DNA of 63,812 bases, filler included, from Sphacelaria rigidula (lineage: Eukaryota): the NCBI GenBank assembly GCA_964200075.2. It is 4 parts of 4 records of this genome, joined end to end, with 100 filler letters (N's around TTAATTAATTAA, not from the genome) between each part and the next. Parts side by side here need not be neighbours in the genome. Positions count along the whole stretch, not along the records: positions 1 to 15,887 come from CAXNAA020001558.1; positions 15,988 to 31,867 come from CAXNAA020001559.1; 2 more parts are not named here. One strand, written 5' to 3'. Of the stretch, positions 12,943-24,269 are shown one piece after another. The notes below the pieces were generated by a model, which saw only the letters and a program-made list of their open reading frames with translations, was not told where the DNA came from and made no database searches. The stretch's first letter is position 1; each line of letters starts with the position of its first letter. The translations under genes were made by a program, and so were the position numbers.

Positions 12943-14195
12943 TTCACGAATCTTTTGGAGGTCTTGCAGGAGTAACGTTTTACGCCGTCTAGTGGTTGGA
13001 AACTTGCCTTTTAATTCACATACTTCCCCTGTCCCATAAGTAAAGATCCGTATGGGGGGAAGATCATATCTCGCCAATCGAGTTGCCTACGATGCTAAAG
13101 TTGGGTTTGCTGAAGAGTGATATTACGGTAGAGGTGCACAAATATTTTCTGAGGTTGGAGGTTGGAATTGTTAGGAGCCCTGTATCTCATCCAAAACACC
13201 ACTGGCGAAATATGTGAGAGTACGCCAGGATTACCATTCCAATGTGCTAGAGATTTCCCGAATGAAATTGCAAACGGGGACGCCCTGACCCATATTCTTG
13301 TGCAATCTAGAATCGTTAGGAGCCCCTGAACCAGACAAACTTTCGCGCAAAAAGTGTACCCCTACCGTAGTATTGCTCCGAAAATCTATTGATACGATGA
13401 TGCTCACAAAAAAAAAATCCGACTCAGCCTTACTGAGATTTAGTGGGTCAAAAAGATGGAAAATTTGGCGGGTTTTTGGGATTTTTTCATGTCGATGGGC
13501 GATAACGACTTTGGTGTGGAGCATACCGGGGGATCAGCGCGGCAGAAGGCAGGAATTTTGGGAAGGATGGTAAAATATGTTCAGAGGAGCTCTACCAAGG
13601 CCTGAGACTATTTAGCGTCAACCCCCAGCGACGGCGAGGACGATTACCGAAAATGTTCTTGTGTTTTTTTTCCGACACTTTTTCGCTCGTGAAAAAGGGG
13701 CGAAAAACAGCCTTTTTTGGGCCGACTTTTTTTTTTCGGTCGCTCATACATGCAGGGTGGTGCGTGCAAATAAAAAACGGGTTCCAACTAAAAAACACGG
13801 AAGAAAAAAAAAATTATCACCTACGGCGCTGGACACAGACACGGGTCTGTGTAAACATGAGGATCTTCACTTATGGGAGAGAGGAAGCATCTCCTGCATG
13901 TGTTGCGTCGTCCAACCAACAATCGTCGCAGGAGATTTTTCCGTGGGTTCTGAACACTACTTCAGTGGGTATCCACGAATATTTTACTCCCGTCGTTTTG
14001 GTGGGATCCGGGATTTCAACGCTGGACCTCCTGTTCGTGAAGCGTACGAGCTATTTGATGGTGTCGCTGGTGTGAAAAAGTGATTCCTTGACAAACACTT
14101 GTTGTAATTTGTTCGTTCTAGGTGGTGGTCCACAAAATCAGGGGGATTCAGCGTACATTCGTGTAGTTCAATGCACATACGGGTGAAAGCTTACG

Positions 14196-14470
14196 CCGTT
14201 TTTCTGAGTTGGACCCTGAAATTTTGTACACGGGTACGGCTCAACGAGTCCGTGTCTCGTGGGGCCCCGGATATCTGGCGACCTCGCCCCCCCCTCCCCC
14301 CGAAAACCCCCAGTCATACAGCCTGTCCAAATATCTCAGCGCAGACACCGCCTCCTGCGGGACCCCGGATATGTGGCGTTTCCCCCCTCACGAAAACCCT
14401 CGTTCATTCAGCAGTTCTAGATATCTCAGAGCATCCGTGTGCAGAATCTCAGGGTCTAACTCGAAAAAAC
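14196..14470. mobile_element. MITE-like element with ~38-bp imperfect TIRs
   Basis: gtttttctgagttggaccctgaaattttgtacacgggt versus the reverse complement of atccgtgtgcagaatctcagggtctaactcgaaaaaac. Confidence 0.6.
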
Positions 14471-14708
14471 GCGTTTGCTTTCGCTGGGGAGTAATTTTAT
14501 GGTCATTCACCCTGAACGAGCCTGCACATGGTACTCTACGCACGATCTACAATATACGACCCCCGGGCGATCAGCTCTTGGTACGGATATCGCCCGAGGA
14601 CGGTATTTTACGGGGGCGAATGCTAGGTACTGTACTTCGATATATTAGCAGCACAACGCTGTGAGTACTACGAGCTGGGCCGCCCAAGACGCCACCAGGA
14701 ATGTTGAA

Positions 14709-14996
14709 ACGCATATTCTTCGCTCAATTTTGGATCGTTTTCGATGAAATTTTGACACGATGTACAGGACGTATCTGCGAATATCAAACCTTCCATCCCC
14801 TGTTTTTGTTTTTTTCTTCGTGAGTTATTGACATTCCCCCCCCCCGAAAATAACTGTTCTGAAATGTTCCGTCGCCAATAACTCACGGAGGAAAAGAGAA
14901 AAAACAGGGGGTGGAATGTTCGGTGTTCCCACACGTCCTGTACATGGTGTCAAAATTTCATCGAAAACGATCCAAAATTGAGCGAAGAATATGCGT
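14709..14996. mobile_element. MITE with near-perfect 64-bp TIRs
   Basis: acgcatattcttcgctcaattttggatcgttttcgatgaaattttgacacgatgtacaggacgt is inverted at 14933-14996 with one mismatch. A related arm starts at ~15056. Confidence 0.85.
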
Positions 14997-15254
14997 CATT
15001 CCGTCGACAAGCGGTTACTTATAGTACATGGAGGTGGACCAGTCACGAATAATTCAAACGCGTTTATGCTGTTCAATTTCAAGCTGTTTTCGATAAAATT
15101 TTGACACGATGTACAGGACGTATGTGCGAATAACGACGCTTTCCTGATATCTTTCTTTTGTTTTTCTGCGTAAGTTATTGGTAATTTTGCATACGTCGGA
15201 CGAGCACGAGTGTGACTCGTGGCACTCGCACTCGTTGGGCTGCTCGTTGGTCGT

Positions 15255-15431
15255 AAAAATGAATAGGGCGAGCACTCGAGTCATTGCTCGTTGTGGAAAA
15301 AATGAAAAGGGCGAGCACTCGAGTCATTGCTCGTTGGGGAAATAAATGAAAAGGGCGAGCACTCGAGTCATTGCTCGTTGGGGAAACAAATGAATAGGGC
15401 GAGCACTCGAGTCATTGAGTCATTGCTCGTG
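15255..15431. repeat. Minisatellite, 4 x 43-44 bp, with palindromic core
   Basis: Unit aaatgaa(t/a)agggcgagcactcgagtcattgctcgttg(t/g)ggaaa; gggcg occurs at 15266, 15309, 15353 and 15397. Confidence 0.9.
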
Positions 15432-15757
15432 ATGTACGACTTCAGTGGAGGAGTCAGCAATCCGACGAGCGAATAATTACGATGGGTTCTTTGACGATCT
15501 TGAACCAAGAACGACTTGGATGTATCCATCGTCGCGGGAGCCGGAGACGAGAGAAAAGTAGTTACGTCAGAAGCCGACACTCCAGGGGCCGGGGCGGGGG
15601 TATAAGAAGCTAAGATATAGACACCTTGACAGATGTCCGCTTTGTGGTGGACGAAGCCACGATTGTCTCGTCCAGGTAGGTCTCTGCGCCCCCATTTTTC
15701 TTGCAGAGCAATGATCGATTTGGAAAGGGGTATGTATTCCGCTTGAGACCCATTTCC

Positions 15758-15887
15758 CCATGATCGTGTGTTTGCGGTAGGTGTCCATGTGTGCTATTTT
15801 TCGTAAAAATGATGCTGCAGGGGCTTTATTGATCATTTCACTTGAAAATAACACAAATGGATACCTGCCGCAAACACACGATGGTGG
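15758..15887. repeat. About 130-bp inverted-repeat (MITE-like) element at the contig end
   Basis: ccatgatcgtgtgtttgcggtaggtgtccatgtgtgctattt versus aaataacacaaatggatacctgccgcaaacacacgatggtgg. Confidence 0.65.
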
Positions 15888-15987
15888 NNNNNNNNNNNNN
15901 NNNNNNNNNNNNNNNNNNNNNNNNNNNNNNNTTAATTAATTAANNNNNNNNNNNNNNNNNNNNNNNNNNNNNNNNNNNNNNNNNNNN
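15888..15987. other. Artificial contig linker (N44-TTAATTAATTAA-N44)
   Basis: 100-bp spacer with stop codons in all six frames. Confidence 0.98.
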
Positions 15988-16323
15988 GTCACAGGCTACC
16001 ACCCCATGTTAGGATAAAAGGAAAATCAGGAAATAAAATCGGACTCACGAAAAATTCACACGGACGCGATACAAGAAAAACAAAACAACACAACACAAAA
16101 ACAAAAAAAGGTGAAAAGAAAGAGAAGAAAGAAGAAACCTATCCTTGGACCTCTGAAAGGACAGCTATGCGTATGCATAAACTAGGCAAACCAGAAAGGG
16201 CGCCACATGACACCGCCCACCGCCTCGGAGGGAGGGGTGCATCGCAGTCAGCAGTTAGTAGCTTCCATCCTCTCCCTACTCTCCTTGGTCACTACAGCTA
16301 AACAATGGATTACAACTTGTATG

Positions 16324-16582
16324 TATTGTAGCCTCTGCCAGACGATCTGGACAAGAGGACTTCCAGCGAGGAACTCCTCCAGTATCACTGGCCTCGTGCT
16401 CGACAAGTCATTTCTTCTAGCTTGTTATTATCACGGAGTGATCCTCAACAGATAACAAGCCAGGCAGCAACGGGCCACACAGCAAAGGGCTATCAATCCA
16501 GGATCTCCTGTCTCCCGCCACTGCTCCAATCATGCATGGGAATATACTGAAACCTACGGCTTGGTATCATTTGGCTACAGCA
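16324..16582 (-). repeat. 3' LTR of the Gypsy element
   Basis: tattgtagcc...ggctacagca, with short terminal inverted ends; homologous to 21691-21942. Confidence 0.85.
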
Positions 16583-16657
16583 CCCTCAAAGCGAGTTCAA
16601 GACAAACGAACGAGCTTGACAACCAACAAAAACCGAGGGGAACTCGCATGCGCCAGA

Positions 16658-19600
16658 TCACAAAGAAATATTATACTCCGACGCTAGTTTACTTGTCAGC
16701 GCCCGAGTCAACCGCAGTTTACGCGGTTCCTTCAAAACAAATTCAGGCGCAGAAGACTGAATCTTGCGAAGAGACTCCCACGTACGTTCTTCAGCACCGA
16801 ACCCTTCCCAATCGATCGAAACAGTGAGATCACCATTATCATCCTCAGTAACGTGCACCGAAGCATTCATCCGACATTCACCTTGAGCTTACGAATGCTG
16901 AAATACATTTTTTAGTTCCGCAGTGATGTGCAACTGCGAGTCAACATAGAAACGCAAACGAGCGACATGGGCCGAGTGTACGACGCCAGAAACAATGTTC
17001 TGTGCCGAATACACGTGAGCGTGATCGGCTCCGACCACTCGCCACGGACCTATCCATGTGGACATCACCTTCGGCGTCACGCCTTATCTACGAACACGGG
17101 CATACAAGACGAAATCTCCAACGGCAAACTTGGGCAACACAGCCTGGCCCTGAGCAAGCTTGCGTTTGGCTTCGCGAGACACCGTGATACCAGCTTGCAC
17201 TTCGTTACAAGACCGCACTTGCTCGTCAACCACGCCTCGGACCTTGTCACGCAACGTATCAGCATCCATGGGATCGACGTTCCACTCCCCGCCAGTGACA
17301 GAAGCCAGCGCGGAAAACGCGGTACGCGGCGTACGCCCAAACATCACAAAATGCGGAATGATACAGTAGCGTTCACGACAAAAAGTATCCAACGCCCACT
17401 GAGCGACTGGCAAAAACATCAACCCATTCAGACATCAACTGTCTTTGTTCTGACAAAATGGATCGCAACGCACGAATAACCTCTTTCACCATGAGTTCGC
17501 AAGCACCATTTGACCAAGGGGTATACGCAACAGCAAATTGGTGTTGCACCTTGAGCGCGTCGCTCAGCTGTACGATCACTCGATTCTTGAAGTGCGTGGC
17601 GGTATCACTAACCCAGACACGCGGCACCCCCAAAGTCTTGCACCGATGCAGCAAGTGCTTAGCCGTCACCTCGGCGGTGCAAGCCTCGGTCGGCTCCAAG
17701 CCAACGAAATCGAACAAATTATCCATGATAACCAAAACGTATCGGAAACCATCCTCATCAGGCAAACCATCAGCACCTTCAGATCCGCTACTTGCGACGT
17801 AAAAAAGACCCGAAGGGAACAACTTCACCTGGCGTAGTAGCATGCACAGCATCACCGTACGAACGAGGTACAATCTCATCAGCATGAGTGTCTACACGAT
17901 GTAAACACTGGCGAACGGACTCGCGAACGTGGGAATCCATGTGAGGCCACACACAGTATTATTTCGAACGAAACAGAGTCGGCGCCACAACACGGTGACC
18001 GGCCGACCGCATTTGAGCGCACACTATCAAGCGAGTTTGTAGAGAGTTATAATCCGACGGAATCCAGAAAACATCACTACTGCAAACTCGCACGCGAAAC
18101 AATCAATCGTCAGCCAAGGCAGCTTGACAGAAAATCGAAGGAAAAGAACGAACACTGTCGCCGACTTTATGGCGCTGCGCGGTACGAATGATGTCTAACG
18201 AAGGCAGCGAATCATCGGCATCACACGGGCTGTGCACGGCAACAGAACGAATAGGCACGGTAGCAACTTTAACCCAGCGAGACAACAAATCCCCCCGACA
18301 AACGCGCTCTAGAGCAATTGTCAAGCCGTTCTACATGGCCTTCGTCACCGATGTGACACACTCTTCGGGGTTAAAATTGTATCTCAGATTGCGATGATCG
18401 GTGAAAATGCGAACACCACCCCAACGCAAGCACTCTGGCCTTCGAAAGATATTGACACTTGCGAAACCTTCTTTGTCCACTGTTGCCCAGCGTAGCTGTG
18501 AACCCTTGAAGCTACCACCCAGGAAAGCCAACGGTCCGTGTGACATGGTTTCGAGCGCAATGTCACTACTAAACTCGGCGACAGGCAATTGCGTGAATAA
18601 ACTACCCCAGCGGAAACCCGAAGCATCTAGAAACATCAGAACACTGCACCCTGGACGAGGATGATACAGCGGCACCGCTTGCGCCATCAAATCTCGCGCA
18701 GCACGCCATACCCGCGCACGAACCTCCGTCCAAGCGTCCTCCGGCGTGATACGGCTACGCCCCACCCGCTTGGTTCGACTCGAAGCCCCTGCCGTAAGTC
18801 GTTCCAGAAACACTCGAAGCGGCGCCACTACTTCCGTTCTGCGCGGGAGCGAAGTCCGCAACCAATTCACCGCCAGCAGAAACTGCATCAGCTCACTAGC
18901 GGTTTGAAGACGTCGCCTGTTGCTCGAACCTTGGACGCGGGTGGGATCATGAGGAACAGTACCCTTAGAATACACCTTACCACACCAAACCCCTTCGCGG
19001 GCAATAAAGGTGCATTTATGCGCAGCGATGAACAGACAAACATTCTCCAGGCGGTCAAGAATTTCGTCAAGCAAAGCTAACAATGCTTCTTTTTTTTCAG
19101 CAAAATGGAAAACGTCATCCACCCACACTTCACAGTTCAAACCTCACAAAATGTCAGTCAGCATACCTTGGAGATTCGTTCACAACACGCCCTGTGGAAC
19201 ACGAGTAGGCGTAAACAAACCGTCAGGCGTGACGATCGTGAAAATCTCCTGAGCCTCCGGCGCCGGAGGCATCTGCCAATACCCCTAGGGGTCCAACTTG
19301 TCGAAGCATTGGGCTCCCAACAACTCGCGCATGTCTTCTTGGCTTGGCATCACCCCCGGAGACTGTTCCATCTGCGCGTTCACCACCTGATAGTCGCTGA
19401 TCAAACGGAACGTGTCCCACTTCGGCACCGCCATCGCTGGACTCGCCCACACAGCCTGAGTGTTCCTAACCAACAGAGCGAACGCCACCACAGCTGCGAT
19501 GCATGAAGTAAGCCACCCGATCTTCACCGGATCGTAACGGCGAGGCTTCGCCTTCACAGCCTTCACCTGTGGCTCGAGCAGCTCCCTCGTTGGCTCCACG

Positions 19601-21560
19601 CGCGCCGGGGCGTCACCACACAGCGCACGACGAAATGTATCCACGCGACGAGCGAAAATATCACGCAGACGATATGCGTCATCGGCGCTCAGGTCTTTCT
19701 GCCCGGCCTGCTGCACATTATCCCCTAGCGAAGGTTTTCTGACATCTCTCTCCTCCGCAGGGTCCATAAACATGTCGGGCCCCCGATCGACCGAGCGCTC
19801 CGCCGCTTCATCTGTGGGCGCCTCCTCCTCATTGAGTTCCTGGAACGACCGTATGGATACGGTCACACGCCTCGCAGCAAGATAGCTGGGGCTTTCCACA
19901 CTGGTTTGCACCAGAACAGCACGCGGGCGTAACTTATCCAACGCCAGCGGATACAAATCAATCCCGAGCTCCTTCATCGTCGCCATCCCAAACAGAACCA
20001 CGTTGTCCCCGCCGGGCACGACAGCGGAAGCGATGGGCTGCAACTCCACAGTCCCCTACAGCGTACGCACGCTATCAGCAATTGGCACCGTTCATGTGTA
20101 ACCAACACGGGAGCACCCGTGGCGGCCTGTGCCGTTTGCGGTCCGTTTTCGAACGGAATCTGCAGCTGAGCACCGCCAACTTGCAAAGACATTTGTTCCA
20201 GCAACACCACACCGATCGACATGAGCACGGACCCAGAATCCAGAATAACGCGGGCCATGAACGAACCCACGGAGCCAGGCAAGGAAAGATCTGCGCGGAA
20301 ACACTCTGCGTTACGATCGAGAGGCACCACACCTGCCAAAGAACCCTGGTCGATACCAAGAGTCACCTGGCGCCAGGGTTGCGCTCCAGTGTTGGGCATT
20401 AAGAATTGAGAATCGGCGGTCCACTCAGACCACGTCGCCGAATATGCGGACGGCGCCGTTACAGCCGTCTTAATAGTAGAAGATGCACCAGACACGGATC
20501 CTGCCTGGCCGAGGGGTTGTGAACTATTCGCTCCAGCACTCCCTACCGGAGTATTTGCATTTCTCACGTCAGTTGTCCGCCCCAGCAGGGACGAACCAGA
20601 AGATCCCGAGTCACCACTTAATGCCATGGTAGGAGAAACAGCAGCGGAGGAACCACCCTCCGCCATCGATTGCTTGCTGTCGCGGCCGCCGCGCCCGCGT
20701 CCATGGTTGGCACGGCCCCTTCCATCGTGGCGGCCGCCGCGAGATCCTGATGGTTCTCGCGCATTTTCTTGAGCAGCGTCTTGAACGCGAGGCCTGGGGC
20801 AATCCTTCATCAGCTGTCCGGTGTCGCGGCATTTTTGACATGCACGAGTGGACGACGCTTGCAGGGACGGTTGCTATTTCTGTTGCTTTTGTTGTTTGCG
20901 GCGCTCATTACCTGTACTTGCCGCAGAGTCGCGCCGGCCATGCACTTCAGTGAACTTCCAGTGGTCGGCGGCATCAATTATCGTGTTGAAGACCACCGTC
21001 GGGTTCTTTTTTCAGCCGTCTACATATGTGAGTACGTTTCTAACGTACGCCTTGAATTCCGGGGGCGAAATCCCTCCCGTCCACCAACGCTGTCGAAACC
21101 GACTCGGCCGGGTCTGGCAACCGGCTCCTGTCCTCCGCATGGTCAACCGGCTCCTTGACCGTTGATCCACCCCTCTGCTGCATCATTAGCACTCTACGCG
21201 GATCTGCTGCAGCCCGCGCAGTATAATGTTTGCCACCGGTTGTGGTGTACCCGGTATGCTGCTGCACAGCATCTAGCAATTCCTCGGGGATCATGGCACG
21301 ACTGCCCTTGTACATGCCTTCAAAGCACCCATGAATTTATGTAGGGATGAGTTGACCGATGCTCACCTTGGTATGCCTTGCAGCTCCTTGCGAATTTGCA
21401 AGGTTTAAATGCTTGATGCTTCCTCGGTTCACACCTCGCCATACTTTGGCGGGTCTGGCGGTTCACCTGACACCAGCGGCGCTGCCGTCGCTTGAGCCAT
21501 GTCGTCTAGGATTCAAACAGTTCACGGAGAGACTCTTGCCTGACTAGTGCATCCTCCAGC
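16658..21560 (-). pseudogene. gag-pol pseudogene (Gag, PR, RT, RNase H, IN, chromodomain)
   Basis: ORF fragments 19974-20810, 19285-20049, 18331-19140, 17373-17885, 17084-17422, 16889-17080 and 16658-16870 carry the motifs in different frames. Confidence 0.9.
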
Positions 21561-21690
21561 CCACGGGACGTCCTCGATTGCTGTGCGCTTCAAGTTGGTC
21601 TTCTCCTGTCTGCGGGCCAAAACTGCTTCCAGCTGCGGCCCTTTTCCTCCGCCAAACTCATCCAACAGAGCGCAGATAATGATATCTAGA

Positions 21691-21942
21691 TATTATAGCC
21701 TCTGCCAAACGACCTAGATAAGAGGACGAGGGACTCCTCCAGTATCCCTGGCCTCGTGCTCGACAAGTCCTTTTTTTAATTTGTTATTACCTCGGAATGA
21801 TCCTCAATAGATGACGAGCCAGACAGGAAGGTGGCACAACGAAAAGGGCCATCAATCCAGGATCCTCTGTCCCCTGCAACTGCTCCGATCATGCATGCCG
21901 TTATGCTGAAACCCTGCGGCTTGGTATCACTTGACTACAGAA
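21691..21942 (-). repeat. 5' LTR of the Gypsy element
   Basis: tattatagcctctgccaaacgac...ggtatcacttgactacagaa aligns with 16324-16582, with many substitutions. Confidence 0.85.
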
Positions 21943-22463
21943 CATAACGTTTTGACAAATAATTGTTTGCCGTCCTTGTGCAGGCGGTAAGTGCAGCAGA
22001 TACGCATACGAGTTGTTTCTATTCAATGCGCGTTTGTATTGCCCGTGTAATGGGACCTTGTACATTAACATTTTATGCGAAGGCAACAATCACAGTCCCT
22101 ATCTAGATGAAATGTGAACATGGGTTTTACAATCATCCTGCATGTCTCTTGTGCACACCGAAGGCCTGTCAGAACTCATCTTGGCAAGAATCGAATACAG
22201 GCCGATACAGTGGCTACAGAAGTTGAGCATTTGAAATCCCCCCCGATATTCTCCAGTTTGTGGACAGGAGACAGCCGTCCCTAGATATACGCGGAAGAAG
22301 TCGGGTACGATGCATTCAGAAACAACGCGGATGTGTTGAGGTTTCACTCTGACCACTGAGCTATTCAGTCCGCGCTGACCGAATAGGGTTGTTGATGAAG
22401 CTGACCAAACGTCATGCTGCTGAGTTCTTTGAGGCGGTCAAGTCGAGAGAGTATGATATGAGC

Positions 22464-22668
22464 TGTAATGCGTGAGAGGACCGTGTGCGAAGAGGACCGC
22501 ATTAGAATTTACAAACCCCTATGGTCAGGGTTAGGGATAGGATCAGGGTCAGTGTTGGGGTCAGGGGCGTGATCCCTGCAGGGATTGGCCCGATTGGTTT
22601 TGAAAAACGTCGAGGTGTTTTGGACTACGATGCGGTCCCTTAAGCACGCGGTCCTCTCACGCATTACA
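22464..22668. mobile_element. 205-bp TIR element (TGT...ACA) with internal telomere-like repeats
   Basis: TIRs tgtaatgcgtgagaggaccgtgtgc / gcacgcggtcctctcacgcattaca; internal ggtcagggttagggataggatcagggtcag. A second copy starts at 63714. Confidence 0.85.
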
Positions 22669-24269
22669 GTAGCGCCAACGTTAACGTCTCTTTAACCGGC
22701 GCTGCACTTCCTCACATTCGTTTGTGTGGGTACAAGTGAGCTTTACCACGCTTCTTTGTGCCGTGAGGGTGCACATTGCTTGTTTTGGTATGTACTGCTG
22801 CACTTCTTCTCCGGGCCGAGGACGACCGCGGGGAGGATTGAACGGCAAAGTAAGTTTTCTCAAGATTCTACAATGATCATCGAACCACATAGGTTCCCCG
22901 CACGATCGTTCTCAATTTTGCTCTTAGGTCATTTGGGGGATCAACGCAAGATATTGCCGGGGTTCGACTGTTGTCGGGCTTGTTCTTGGCTTTAGTTTTG
23001 CTCTGCAGGACTGGGTCAGTAGTCAGTGTTAAACTTGACAGACTCTCAAGCCGATCTCCGATATTCCCTGTGCTTTGATTATCCTTGGTCGGTTCTCGAC
23101 CGGAAAACTTAAATCGAGACGGGAAAAAATGCGGAATCGGTACAAGCACACACGCATGGCAATCATATGCGCAGTGAAAGTTTGGGTGAGAGCAGCGTTG
23201 GTTACAAGGTGGCAGCCCTGATGTGAATCACACGATTAGATAGTCCATCCGATTGGCGGGCCTCGGCAGCAAAGTTTCTTACGTTTCCATAATAAATATT
23301 TAGCTACTCGGTCAACCCCCGCTGAGTGAATAACCCGGTCGTTACTCAATGAATATCTATGTGAAACCGGCATATGCTTTACCGCTGACTGAATCGTTCA
23401 GTTGTTACTGTGAGACCTTAACTGGCGCTACTGGTACACAGTATCCACCTTCTACACGAAACGTCCCTAGGTTGTCGATAAGTCGAATAGCGTCCTTACA
23501 GCGTAAATCGGGCGGCGCAATGGATGTATCAGAATATGGGCGGGTAAAATGGCCACACAGCTTAACAGGGCGTGCGATTACAATCCGATTCACGTTGTAC
23601 GTATGTTGTTGAAGTCATTCATAGCATACCATAACCCAGGGACGCTTCACAACGCGGATGACATGTGCCAGCGGCTACACATAGCATGCATATATTCCCC
23701 TTGGGGATATTTAGCTCCTCATCTCTCCTTCTCTGTAGACAAAAGCCTTCATTTTCTTCGACGAAGGAATGACTCTTACTCCGTCTGGACCCACTGTACA
23801 CAGATAGTTTGTTATGATTAACGTCTGACGAACGCAGACTCAGAAATGACTGATGATAATTGAAAAACGAATAAGATCCATGATTATTCGCTTCAAATGA
23901 AAGACAGGGACAGATGATGTCGGCGTTGCTCGATACTCAACCGACGGGAAAAATCAATGCCAGGCGAAAAATGAGTGGTCTACAATGATGCATAAATAAT
24001 TTTGTATATCTATGCATGCACCACGATATTATCGGATGAAATCTGCAGATTAGGACAAACAGTAAGACTCAACAGCAGAAGAAACAATGGGATTATTCAG
24101 CACTGGAAGCAAGTAAACGAAAGAAAAAACAAGAATTACATCTGCTACTACCTAGAAAACAGTGGCCGTAAAATTGACACAAGCGCTTGCATCTCGCAAA
24201 AAAAACGTTGTTTTCTCCACATACGTTTCTTTCTTGAATGCTGTCCCTACGTCTTTCTTTCGTTTACAG

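Larger units (their letters stand above)
16324..21942 (-). mobile_element. Decayed Ty3/Gypsy LTR retrotransposon with integrase chromodomain
   Basis: Two ~255-bp LTRs. Minus-strand order: gag zinc knuckle (CQKCRDTGQLMKDC, ~20800-20840), protease (VILDSGS), RT (WASPAMAVPK...FRLISDY; VWVDDV), RNase H (LDASGFRWG; WATVDKEGF), integrase (YVLVIMDNL; WVSDTATHFKN; YTPWSNGACE) and chromodomain (IDWEGFGAEERTWESL). Many frameshifts and stops. Confidence 0.95.

Noticed and set aside
15255..15431. CRISPR-like array of palindromic repeats
   Set aside because: The intervening sequence is short and nearly identical between units (no unique spacers), there are no cas genes, and the context is eukaryotic; this is a minisatellite.
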